Both the position numbers and the translations under genes were made by a program. The notes beneath the pieces are model-generated. The model saw nothing but the letters and a program-made list of their open reading frames with translations. It was not told the origin of the DNA and searched no databases. 64,000 bases of DNA from Microcoleus sp. GTDB taxonomy: Bacteria; Cyanobacteriota; Cyanobacteriia; Cyanobacteriales; Microcoleaceae. The stretch spans positions 3,936,001-4,000,000 of the forward strand of contig CP181291.1 in NCBI GenBank assembly GCA_052279835.1, written 5' to 3'. Below, piece by piece: positions 10,926 through 21,386 of this stretch; positions within the stretch are counted from its first letter, which is position 1, and each line of letters begins with the position of its first letter.

Positions 10926-11543
10926 ATGAACAGTTCGCTCGATCGCAATCCAGTCATCCTGGTACATGGTATCTGGGATACAAAAACAATTTTCAACACT
11001 TTGTCAGCCCACCTCAGTCAACTCGGATGGCCTGTACATAGCCTCAACCTCACCCCCAACGACGGTAGCCTCGGTCTCGACTTACTAGCGAAGCAACTAG
11101 CAGACTACATTTCTGAGGCTTTCGATCCAGAACAGGCGATCGACATAGTAGGCTACAGCATGGGCGGCATAGTCAGCCGCTACTACGTTCAGCGACTGGG
11201 AGGGATTAATCGCGTCCAGCGTTTCATCACCATATCTTCCCCCCACAACGGCACTCTCACCGCCTATTCTCTCCCCTTACCAGGATACTTGCATATGCGT
11301 CCCGATAGTGACTTACTGCGGGATTTAAATCAAGATGTCACCATCCTCAAACGCATCAATTTCACATCTATGTGGACACCCTTTGACATAATGATAGTCC
11401 CGGCAAAAAGCTCCCAAATGCCAGTAGGTAAAGAATTGAAACTCAATGTTTTGCTGCACCGCCAAATGGTAACAGATCCCCAAAGTATTAACGCATTAGT
11501 TGAAGAACTAACAGCACCTATTAAAAATAAAATTTCCAGCTAA
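10926..11543 (+). CDS. Lipase/esterase (alpha/beta hydrolase)
   Basis: VHG oxyanion motif and GYSMGG nucleophile elbow. Confidence 0.88.
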   Translation: MNSSLDRNPVILVHGIWDTKTIFNTLSAHLSQLGWPVHSLNLTPNDGSLGLDLLAKQLADYISEAFDPEQAIDIVGYSMGGIVSRYYVQRLGGINRVQRFITISSPHNGTLTAYSLPLPGYLHMRPDSDLLRDLNQDVTILKRINFTSMWTPFDIMIVPAKSSQMPVGKELKLNVLLHRQMVTDPQSINALVEELTAPIKNKISS

Positions 11544-11545
11544 TC

Positions 11546-12157
11546 ATGAATAGCAATTCTAGCTATAACCCAGTGTTACTGATTCACGGCATCTTCAGAA
11601 AATCGGGGATTTTCAATAAAATGTCCCGCCATCTAACCCAACTAGGATGGTCAGTATATAGCCTTGACCTCGCACCCAATTGGGGCAACACTACCCTGGA
11701 AGAATTAGCCCAACAACTGGCAGATTATATAGACACAAACTTCGACCCAGAACAGCCTTTAGATTTAGTAGGATTGAGCATGGGAGGTTTGGTCGCTCGC
11801 TACTATCTGCAAAGGCTAGGCGGAATTAACCGAGTGCAGCGATTTATTGCCATATCTTCTCCTCATAGTGGCACTTGGACTGCTTACACTTTGTGGGGAA
11901 AAGGCTGTGTTCAAATGCGTCCTGGTAGTGTTTTTTTAGAAGATTTGAATCGAGATGCTAATCTGTTGAAAAAGCTTAACTTTACTTCTATTTGGACACC
12001 TTGGGATTTCATCATTGTCCCTGCTTCAAGTTCCCAAATATCCGCAGCCAAAGATGTGAAGTTGTCAGTATTTGCTCATGCTATGATGGCGAGAAATTCT
12101 CGGAGCTTAACAGCAGTTGCTGAAGCACTTTCAGAACCCTTGCAAGTTCACCATTAG
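11546..12157 (+). CDS. Lipase/esterase, tandem paralog
   Basis: IHG and GLSMGG; shares RLGGINRVQRF with the upstream gene. Confidence 0.88.
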   Translation: MNSNSSYNPVLLIHGIFRKSGIFNKMSRHLTQLGWSVYSLDLAPNWGNTTLEELAQQLADYIDTNFDPEQPLDLVGLSMGGLVARYYLQRLGGINRVQRFIAISSPHSGTWTAYTLWGKGCVQMRPGSVFLEDLNRDANLLKKLNFTSIWTPWDFIIVPASSSQISAAKDVKLSVFAHAMMARNSRSLTAVAEALSEPLQVHH

Positions 12158-12220
12158 GCTAACTTAATAAAACCTAAAATTGTCTTTTTTCTGGCAAATG
12201 GTGATTATTTCTCGCTACCA

Positions 12221-12652
12221 TCAAACAGCATCGCCCACTTGGGCATATTCGCTGCGCCCAAAAATTGCCTCAGCTTCACAGTAATACTTGAATTCCAGTA
12301 TATTGTGAGCAGGGTCTTCTAAGAAGAAAGTGCGGTGTTCTGTAGGCAAACCGACAAACCGTCTTCTCGATTCTTGATAGAAGTTCAAGTTGTTTTGTTG
12401 TGCTTTTTCTAACAAGCTTTCCCAGTCGGCCTCGGAGGTAAAAACTAATCCAAAATGTCGGGGATAGATACCTCTTTGAGGTGTCAAAGGTTCGTGGCTA
12501 AGGTGGGCGACAATTTGATGACCGCACAAACCCATAATCACCGAATTTGGGGATTCGCGACCTAATTCGCAGCCGAGCCCGTCCACATAGAAGGCTTTTG
12601 TTTGAGCAATATCGCTCACGGGGAAGGCAAGATGAAATAAGACTTTGTTCAT
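12221..12652 (-). CDS. VOC/glyoxalase family protein
   Basis: FHLAFPV...RHFG...DPAHNILEFK. Confidence 0.85.
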   Translation of the reverse strand: MNKVLFHLAFPVSDIAQTKAFYVDGLGCELGRESPNSVIMGLCGHQIVAHLSHEPLTPQRGIYPRHFGLVFTSEADWESLLEKAQQNNLNFYQESRRRFVGLPTEHRTFFLEDPAHNILEFKYYCEAEAIFGRSEYAQVGDAV

Positions 12653-12664
12653 GGAGGTAAAAAG

Positions 12665-13483
12665 ATGACTGTGCAGAATTCTGAGTTGTGGTTTAATTAT
12701 TTATCTTGGTCTAATCCTTGGTTGGTGGCGATCGCCCTCAATACAATTTTACTGGCGATCGCCACCATTAGTCCCAAAAAATTACTCACTCCGGCTGGGC
12801 AATTTCACGGCTGGCTGCTGGGTGTCATCATCTGGGGTTGTTTGGGATGGCAAGGCTATGCTGTGGTGATGTTCTATTTTCTCGTGGGATCGGGAGTTAC
12901 TCGGATTGGCAAAGCCCAAAAAGAGGCAGAAGGCATAGCCGAAAAGCGTTCCGGCGCGCGAGGTCCGGAAAATGTGTGGGGTTCTGCTTTAACTGCTACT
13001 CTTTGTGCCTTGGGAGTTTTGGTATTATCTATTTTAGGAGAGACAGGCAAGATGCCTGTTTCACAAGAGCTAATTTCCTGGTTATTGCTGGGCTATGCGG
13101 CTAGTTTTTGTACTAAACTTGCCGACACGAGTGCTAGTGAAATTGGTAAAGCTTATGGCAAGCGGACGTTTTTGATTACTACTTTAAAGCCAGTACCTAG
13201 GGGGACGGAAGGGGCTGTCAGTTTAGAAGGAACTCTCGCTGGTATTTTCGCCTCTATTCCGATCGCACTTTTGAGTTGGGCTGTGGGTTTAATAGACTTG
13301 ACAGGAATTGTTTTTTGTGTTATTGCAGCTTTTATTGCTACTAACATCGAGAGCGTGATTGGGGCAACCCTCCAATCAAAGTTTGAGTGGCTCACCAATG
13401 AAGTGGTGAATTTTGTAAATACTCTGATCGGAGCGATCGCAGCGATCGTGTTAGCCTTAGCCTGGACAGCTTTTTTCGCTTAG
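12665..13483 (+). CDS. DUF92/TIGR00297 membrane protein (VTE6-like phytyl-phosphate kinase family)
   Basis: RGPENVWGS, DTSASEIG, GTEGAVSLEGT. Confidence 0.85.
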   Translation: MTVQNSELWFNYLSWSNPWLVAIALNTILLAIATISPKKLLTPAGQFHGWLLGVIIWGCLGWQGYAVVMFYFLVGSGVTRIGKAQKEAEGIAEKRSGARGPENVWGSALTATLCALGVLVLSILGETGKMPVSQELISWLLLGYAASFCTKLADTSASEIGKAYGKRTFLITTLKPVPRGTEGAVSLEGTLAGIFASIPIALLSWAVGLIDLTGIVFCVIAAFIATNIESVIGATLQSKFEWLTNEVVNFVNTLIGAIAAIVLALAWTAFFA

Positions 13484-13523
13484 TTATAAATCACCAGTCA
13501 TTAGTCTCAAGCGGTCAATTCAT

Positions 13524-13616
13524 TAATGACTAATGACTAATGACTAATGACTAATGACTAATGACTAATGACCAATGACCAATGACCAATGACCAATGAC
13601 CAATGACCAATGACCC
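13524..13616. repeat. Heptamer tandem repeat (TAATGAC grading to CAATGAC), STRR type
   Basis: About 13 units seen; the same motif recurs at 45862-45892. Confidence 0.9.
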
Positions 13617-13627
13617 ATCACTAATAA

Positions 13628-14614
<987 letters not shown>

Positions 14615-14976
14615 TCAGTTAAGTCAAGCTTTAGCTGAAGAAAGCGGTTTTAATTCCAGGCCAGACAAAATAAAAGCACCATCTATTACCACAACAGATG
14701 AGAAGCTCTCGATACCGTGACTGACCAGGGTAGAGCCTTCTAGGGGTAAAGACCTTGGGGATCTAAACCCCTTTGGAATCCAGCATAACTGACTGTCGTC
14801 AGAAAGGTTGCTACCAATCCCCCTATTTACCAATTTAATTGGGCAAAATGCTCCCGCGACTCGCTAGAATAAAAAATTTACCAACTACTGCCGATTGGCC
14901 ACAGGCTGAGCAAGTCCTTGGCTAGTAATTAAATAGACAAAATGGTACACTTATTGACAAACCTCTAAGTGTATTT

Positions 14977-15627
14977 ATGTTTAAACCTCACCAATTTGCT
15001 GAAAAACTTGGACTTTCTGTAAAGACCCTTCAGCGCTGGGATGCCAGCGGAAAGTTGCCAGCCAAGCGTACCTTGTCAGGTCATCGATTCTACACAGAAG
15101 ATGACCTTTTGATAGCCAACGGACTCAAGCCCATAGAAGCCAAGAGAAAAACAATTGTCTACTGCCGAGTTTCTTCTAGCAGTCAAAAGCCCGAATTAAA
15201 AAATCAGGTACTGGCAATGGAAGCTTTTTGTCTAGGTAGAGGGTTTGCCGTCGATGAGTGGGTATCAGAAATTGGGGGCGGACTAAACTTTAAGCGCAAA
15301 AAGTTTCTAGCAATTATGCTGTCAATGCTTAAAGGTGAAATATCAACCATAGTAGTTGCACACAAAGATAGAATGTGCCGTTTTGCCTTTGAATTTATTC
15401 AAGAACTTGCAATATCAGTCGGATGTGAAATTGTAGTAGCAAATCAGGAGTCGTTGTCTCCTCAACAGGAATTAGTGGAAGATTTGATGGCGATAATTCA
15501 TTGCTTCTCTTGTCGCCTTTATGGTCTAGGAGTTTACTCTAAACAAATAAAAGAAACCTTGAAAAATGCTATTGACAAACCTATACAAGAGCTATCAGAA
15601 TCAGACAAAAAAGACATACAGTGTTGA
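14977..15627 (+). mobile_element. tnpA: IS607-family serine transposase TnpA
   Basis: N-terminal MerR-like HTH, YCRVSS, DRMCRF, ELVEDLMAIIHCFS. Confidence 0.92.
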
Positions 15628-15637
15628 GGCCGAACAA

Positions 15638-15813
15638 TGCTTTTGTCCATCAAAACAAAGTTAAAGCTAAATAAGAATCAAGCAACAATAATGTCTAGAC
15701 AAGTCTTGGATTTGTCTAGCAGTCTAACTCTAGATAAATGGCGCTTAAAGGTTGAGTTGATAGTGTTTTGCTACACCAAAGATTATATTCTTGTCACTGG
15801 TAACAAAAAGTAG
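15638..15813 (+). pseudogene. tnpB: Truncated tnpB 5' fragment
   Basis: MLLSIKTKLKLNKNQATIMS resembles a TnpB N-terminus directly after tnpA; no RuvC domain follows. Confidence 0.65.
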
Positions 15814-15934
15814 ATTTGTCTCCCGAATCTGAAAAAGTAGAATTATCGAAAATCCGAGCTATCGACTGAACAGCTCGAAACCAACCTCTAACCAACTTTG
15901 TGGAATAATTTGATTTCATCCAAGGCCATTAAAG

Positions 15935-16156
15935 TTATTGTAGCGAGTTAGTTTCAGTGCTGGCGGAGCTGAAATCACGGCGTTGAGTATTTCTGCTGGG
16001 AGGACGATCGCCTCTTTGTTGAGTTTGCGCTGACAACATATATTGAGCAGTGGAAGTTTCTAACTGTGCGATAGGAGATTCAATAGATAGACCAGCGGTA
16101 GCACTCAAGAAGATGCCAGACAGGCTCAATAAAGCAATTGCGGTGTAGTTTTTCAT
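15935..16156 (-). CDS. PatX-like paralog with degenerate motif (PSRNTQRR)
   Basis: Signal-like N-terminus; YMLSAQTQQRGDRP aligns with YIFSAQTQQKGDRS of the neighbouring gene. Confidence 0.7.
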   Translation of the reverse strand: MKNYTAIALLSLSGIFLSATAGLSIESPIAQLETSTAQYMLSAQTQQRGDRPPSRNTQRRDFSSASTETNSLQ

Positions 16157-16184
16157 GGGTAGTATCCGTATCGGTGTATATTTA

Positions 16185-16215
16185 TAGATACGGACACTAC
16201 TCAGGCAGATCGGGA
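16185..16215 (-). promoter_or_regulatory. DIF1-like promoter TCCCGA-N18-GTATCTA
   Basis: One mismatch to TCCGGA; same geometry as upstream of the paralog. Confidence 0.5.
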
Positions 16216-16504
16216 TGAATTTATATAAAATCTATTGTTTTAGTAATGAAAAACAGCCTTGATGCACTGCTAATTAGATTGCTATAATATACAAAACCGC
16301 CAAATAGGAGACTCACTGTCTCCATAAATGGCGGTTGAAGGTTTAGACTTTCTCATCACATAAAAGGATATCCGAATGACAATAAACAAGAAGTGAAGTT
16401 ACCAGGCAAATCTGAAAAACTAGCAGCCCAGAAAATTAGATTGAGCGATCGACACAGACGGTCAAAACAAACTCAATAACGGAACTCGCTTTCATGCAAC
16501 GTCA

Positions 16505-16699
16505 TTAAAATGCTTGTAGGAGATGAAACTCTCGGCGTCCGCTGCCTCTTTCAGGAGAACGATCGCCCTTTTGTTGAGTTTGGGCAGAGAAAATGTAGTT
16601 CGCGGTGGCAATTTCAAGCAGTTCGACTAGAGATGAAAAAACTCGATCGAGCTTAGCGCTCAAAATACCAAGTAAAGGAAAAAATGTGTAATTTTGCAT
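16505..16699 (-). CDS. patX: PatX (RGSGR-containing HetR inhibitor)
   Basis: C-terminal PERGSGRR; lies between an FAD oxidoreductase gene and hetR. Confidence 0.85.
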   Translation of the reverse strand: MQNYTFFPLLGILSAKLDRVFSSLVELLEIATANYIFSAQTQQKGDRSPERGSGRREFHLLQAF

Positions 16700-16729
16700 G
16701 AGGTTAATATCCGTGTCAGTGTCTATTAA

Positions 16730-16759
16730 CTGATACAGACTCTCCCCCATCTATCAGGA
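16730..16759 (-). promoter_or_regulatory. DIF1-like promoter TCCTGA-N17-GTATCAG
   Basis: About 30-60 bp upstream of the patX ATG. Confidence 0.55.
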
Positions 16760-16776
16760 TAAAATTCTGGGAAATT

Positions 16777-18795
16777 TCAGGACTTATGCAAAAAACCTGA
16801 TTTTGGCAACTCAACTGCCTCTACCAGCAGCCACAAACCAGCTAAATTCAGCCTCCCCCACACTTTCAGAAGCTTCTGACTTTCGCAACTGTGTAAAAAC
16901 TCGTCGATTTGAGGATCTAAAGTCACCAGTTTCCAAATTCGATCGCCATGGGAGGGCGCATCAGTCAGCGTCAGGGCGTAATCTTGTTCGCCTCGGCGGT
17001 GGAAAATCCCATGCAAGGGAGTTTGAGTATTTCTGCTGTCAGCGATCGGTTTATCTACGGACAAAGGACACTTGCCACTGGCGGGATATGAAGAAGGTCG
17101 ATCGAGATAATAGCGTTGCCAGTATAGCCAATCCGATCGACTCGGTGTCAAATTAAATAAAGGAATAACTGCCGCCCTAGCCTCCACATCTTGCAGCAAA
17201 GCCTCCTGCAAAACTCTGACTGGCAAATCCCGCGGCTGACATCCCCGCCGCACACACAAAGCCGCCGCCATCCCCGCCGCCTGTCCAATATTCATTACCG
17301 TAGGTTGCAAACGAGTGGCACCATTAGCGATGTGAGAAACAGAAATATTTTTTTCGCAAACTAGCAAACCATCGGTATTCGCCGGAATCAGCGCACTGTA
17401 AGGAATAGTAAAAGGAGTTCCCGTCCACCGCCCGCCCCAGCGGATCGATTTTGGCTGCAAGGGAATGTCGCCACTAGGGTAGTGGTGATCGTTGGCGTAG
17501 TTGCCGATCGCAATTGTTTCACAAATTCCCTCAGCATTTATGGGCAACTTCGCGACTCTGCCGCCGGCAACGGGCAAAATATCTTGTTCTCGGATTGTTT
17601 TTACTCCTTGCAAGCGGCGACTTTCTCGGTAGTAGGGGTGGAGGGCGAAGGCTGAAGTCAAGCCCTCCCTAGGCCCAGTCAAGCCCTCCCCAGTCAAGCC
17701 CTCCCCAGGCCCAGTTAACCCCCCCCTACCCCCCCCAAGGGGGGAATGAAATAAGAGAGAATCCTCTGCTTGGGGGGAAGGAAATAAGGCAGAATCCTCT
17801 GCTTGGGGGGAAGCAAATAAGGCAGAATTCTCTGCTTGGGGGGAAGCAAATAAGGGAGAAGAATTTTGGGGATTTTTGATGTTAGAAGTGGGGAAAATGT
17901 TCTGTGCTAAACCATAGCGGCGGCCGAGTTGAGTTTGAATGTAGCGGGCGAAACTTTGACTATGCCACAGACTTTCTTGAAGGAATTCTGTTTGCGATGT
18001 TTCAGATCCAATTAGTCGATCGACCTTAAAGCCATAATCATTACCCCGAATCGGCCAATTAATCATGAGCAACCCACCCGGAAGTCGGCCATAATTGAGA
18101 AAATCTTCAGGAGTATAATTATCCCAAGCTCCGGTAAAGCGATCGGGTTCGTGAATTGGTGGCGCGGGAATTTCTGGCGCTACAGCACCTTCCCCAAAAT
18201 CCTGCATCATTACTACCCAAGTCGGAGCTTGTATGGGATATGTTTGTGTCAGATCGTTAGGTGCGATCGGTGCGCTAGGTTCTCCAAATTCTGCTTGAAA
18301 CTCCCAACCCCAACGGTGAGGAACCTCACCCACAGCCAATAAATCTCCCAATTCCGTAGCATCCAAAGTGACTGTAGCTGACACCATAAAATCGGGGAAT
18401 TGAACGCCAACAATGCGATCGCCTTCCTTCAGCACACCTTGAACTTTTTGTCCAGAAATCCAGCGCAGATTTGGTAAACACTTAACCCAATCAGCAAAAA
18501 TTTCTGCACCAATGCGCGGATCGTAAGTAAAAAAACTGACCCAGCCCCAATCTAAACCTTCCTGATGTCGCTGCTGAAGTTCGCGGAGAAAAGCACCCCA
18601 CAAACCAGTCCCAAAAGCGGCTAATTCGTTACCATCGGGAGCCGAAACCCCAGCAGAAGTAAGCATACCGCCCAACCAAGGAAACTCACTCACCAAAATA
18701 GTTTTGGCACCACAGCGGGCTGCTTGTATGGCGGCTGCTGTGCCACCAGTACCGCCACCAACTACTAAAACATCGGCTGTTAAGACAGAAGACAT
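16777..18795 (-). CDS. FAD-dependent oxidoreductase with in-frame repeat insertion
   Basis: DVLVVGGGTGG Rossmann motif, YYRESRRL, SHIANGATRLQP. Confidence 0.88.
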   Translation of the reverse strand: MSSVLTADVLVVGGGTGGTAAAIQAARCGAKTILVSEFPWLGGMLTSAGVSAPDGNELAAFGTGLWGAFLRELQQRHQEGLDWGWVSFFTYDPRIGAEIFADWVKCLPNLRWISGQKVQGVLKEGDRIVGVQFPDFMVSATVTLDATELGDLLAVGEVPHRWGWEFQAEFGEPSAPIAPNDLTQTYPIQAPTWVVMMQDFGEGAVAPEIPAPPIHEPDRFTGAWDNYTPEDFLNYGRLPGGLLMINWPIRGNDYGFKVDRLIGSETSQTEFLQESLWHSQSFARYIQTQLGRRYGLAQNIFPTSNIKNPQNSSPLFASPQAENSALFASPQAEDSALFPSPQAEDSLLFHSPLGGGRGGLTGPGEGLTGEGLTGPREGLTSAFALHPYYRESRRLQGVKTIREQDILPVAGGRVAKLPINAEGICETIAIGNYANDHHYPSGDIPLQPKSIRWGGRWTGTPFTIPYSALIPANTDGLLVCEKNISVSHIANGATRLQPTVMNIGQAAGMAAALCVRRGCQPRDLPVRVLQEALLQDVEARAAVIPLFNLTPSRSDWLYWQRYYLDRPSSYPASGKCPLSVDKPIADSRNTQTPLHGIFHRRGEQDYALTLTDAPSHGDRIWKLVTLDPQIDEFLHSCESQKLLKVWGRLNLAGLWLLVEAVELPKSGFLHKS

Positions 18796-18828
18796 GAGGA
18801 TTTTAAATTTTAAATTTTAAGTAGAAAG

Positions 18829-18931
18829 AAGATGGAAGATGGAAGATGGAATATCTAAGAAGAACCCCCCCTACCCCCCCCAAGGGGGGAAAATGGAAGA
18901 GGGAAGATGGAAGATGGAAGATGGGAGATGG
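18829..18931. repeat. GATGGAA heptamer arrays flanking a CCCCCC...GGGGGG palindrome
   Basis: Seen directly. Confidence 0.8.
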
Positions 18932-19184
18932 CTCAAGGACTGCGTTGATCCAGCCCTTCGACCTTTCGCCGGAGAATTCAATATTACCGATATTACCAAT
19001 TCCTGTTGCCTCCAAGACTGGATATTTTATTTTTTCACACAAATCTATAACTCCACAATTACTTTTAAGCTATTGTTGTAAGATGGCAATTCCCATCAAA
19101 AAAAAATCCGAAAATGGGGAACCCCGATAGTAAAGTCAGGCGTCGGGTAAATGTCACCATTCATTAGTTACAAAGCAATTGAAC

Positions 19185-19709
19185 ATGAACAAAGGTTTTA
19201 TTTTGTGGTTCACCGGACTGAGCGGTTCTGGCAAAACAACTATTAGCCTAGCTCTGGAACCAGAGTTGAAAGCCAGAGGCTGCAAAGTGGAAATTTTGGA
19301 TGGAGATGTGGTGCGTACCAACTTATCAAAAGGTTTGGGATTTAGCAAAGAAGACCGAGATACCAATATTCGGCGGATTGGATTTGTCGCTCACCTGCTG
19401 AGCCGCAATGGAGTTGTTGCCATTACCGCGGCCATTAGCCCCTACCAAGCAATTCGCGACGAAGTTAGAGCCATGGAACCTAACTTTGTGGAGGTATATG
19501 TGAAAGCGTCCCTAGAAGCGTGTGAAGTGCGGGATGTCAAAGGGATGTACGCCAAAGCCAGAAAAGGTGAAATTAAGGGGTTTACAGGAATTGACGATCC
19601 CTATGAAGCACCCCTTAATCCAGAGATTATTTGTTGCACAGAAAAGGAAAGTGTGACAGAGTGTGTGGAAAAAATTCTGAGTAAATTAGAGGAGTTGGGT
19701 TACATTTGA
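19185..19709 (+). CDS. cysC: Adenylyl-sulfate kinase
   Basis: [30 protein letters not shown]. Confidence 0.95.
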   Translation: MNKGFILWFTGLSGSGKTTISLALEPELKARGCKVEILDGDVVRTNLSKGLGFSKEDRDTNIRRIGFVAHLLSRNGVVAITAAISPYQAIRDEVRAMEPNFVEVYVKASLEACEVRDVKGMYAKARKGEIKGFTGIDDPYEAPLNPEIICCTEKESVTECVEKILSKLEELGYI

Positions 19710-19745
19710 TGGTGATGGGTTAGCAAAAGGATCGGGCAAAAAACG

Positions 19746-21348
19746 ATGGTGCTCAAAAGTGATTTGGGAATCAATATTGTCAACGGTTTCACTGGATCAG
19801 TGCTGATGGCGATTCTAGTTTCTGCTCCTAGTTGGGCTCAGTTACCTCCGCCCCCTCCTCCCCTAGCCGTACCCGCACCCGCGCCCGTACCCGTACCGGT
19901 ACCCTCCGCGCCGGGATTGCCGCTGGTTTCCGGGAACTACGCCAGTCAATGCAGCACCGACATCTTCGAGTGTACGATCGGAAGTTTACACTTTAGGAGC
20001 TGGCGATCGCATTCAACTGGATATTTTTAACGTCCCGGAATATAGCGGCCCCAACGGTCAACATCAGGTACAGGCTGACGGTTCCCTAAGTTTGCCCTTA
20101 ATTGGTAGCGTTTCAGTGTACGGGATGACTTTAGAACAAGCAGCCAATAGTGTCAAAGGGCGATATGGTCAATACTTAAAGCGTCCTTGGATTACACTGA
20201 AATTGTTGGCCCCGCGTCCTTTACAAATTGCGATCGCAGGGGAAATCAACCGCCCAGGAGCCTATACAATATCCTCAACGGCGGGCCCCGGAGGCACAGC
20301 AGAACAAATGGGAACTCAAATGCCCACGATATCGCGGGCTTTGCGACTGGCTGGTGGTATTACACAGTCAGCAGACGTGCGACAAATCAAAATCCGCCGC
20401 CCCCAACGCAATGCAGCGGAACAAATTATTAGTGTTGATTTATGGGAATTGTTGCAAAACGGTGATTTGCGCGCCGATATGACTTTGCGCGACGGCGATA
20501 CTATATTTATTCCCACTGTCACTAGCCTCAATCGCCAAGAAGCACCTACTTTAGCAGTTGCCAATATTACCGGACAAAGCACTCAGCCCATTAATATTGC
20601 TGTGGTGGGAGAAGTCGCTCGTCCCGGTACTTATACTCTGGCAAAGGATTCTCAAAGTAGGTTACAAGAGAATGACATGGGTGCAAATTCGGGTTTGTTT
20701 GGTGCCACTGAGACGGCGGCTAGCGAAACCGTTGTGCAGCAAACTGTCACTAGGGCGATTAAAATAGCTGGCGGCATTACCCCCGTAGCTGATATTCGGC
20801 AAATACAAGTTCGTCGTCAGACGCGGGCTGGTACTGAACAAATTATTAATGTCGATTTGTGGCAACTTTTGCAAACAGGAGATGTATCTCAAGATTTAGT
20901 GCTGCAACAGGGAGATACGGTGATTATTCCCAAAGCCGAAAATATTGACGAAACTCAGGGTGCCCAGGTAGCTAATTCTAGTTTTTCACCGGATACAATT
21001 AAGGTGACAGTGGTGGGAGAAGTCATCAAACCAGGGGCGATTTCCCTGCGGCCAAATACTTCTTTAAATCAAGCGCTGGTAGCAGCGGGAGGTTTTAATA
21101 AAGCGCGGGCAGAAATGGATTCGGTGGATTTAATCCGCATCAATGCTAATGGTACTGTTTCCCGCATCGCGATTAAGGTGAATTTTTCCGCCACTGCTAA
21201 TGATGAAGCCAATCCTAAACTGCAAAATAATGATGTAATCATGGTCAGGCGATCGGGTCGCGCTGCATTCTCGGATAATGTAGGTGGTACCCTCGCTCCT
21301 CTTAATCCTTTATTGGGAATATTCAGATTGTTCAATATTTTTCGATAG
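19746..21348 (+). CDS. wza: Wza/SLBB polysaccharide export protein split by a +1 frameshift near 19927-19929
   Basis: Removing one T gives ...LVPGTT...YTLGAGDRIQLDIFNVPEY, continuous with the SLBB repeats. Confidence 0.85.
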
Positions 21349-21386
21349 CTCGTACAGACGTTGAAACTAATAAGCTGCATAAACAA

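Noticed and set aside
19118..19142. Shared sulfur-regulon box upstream of cysC and sir (1906-1925)
   Set aside because: Similarity is too weak to support from two sites
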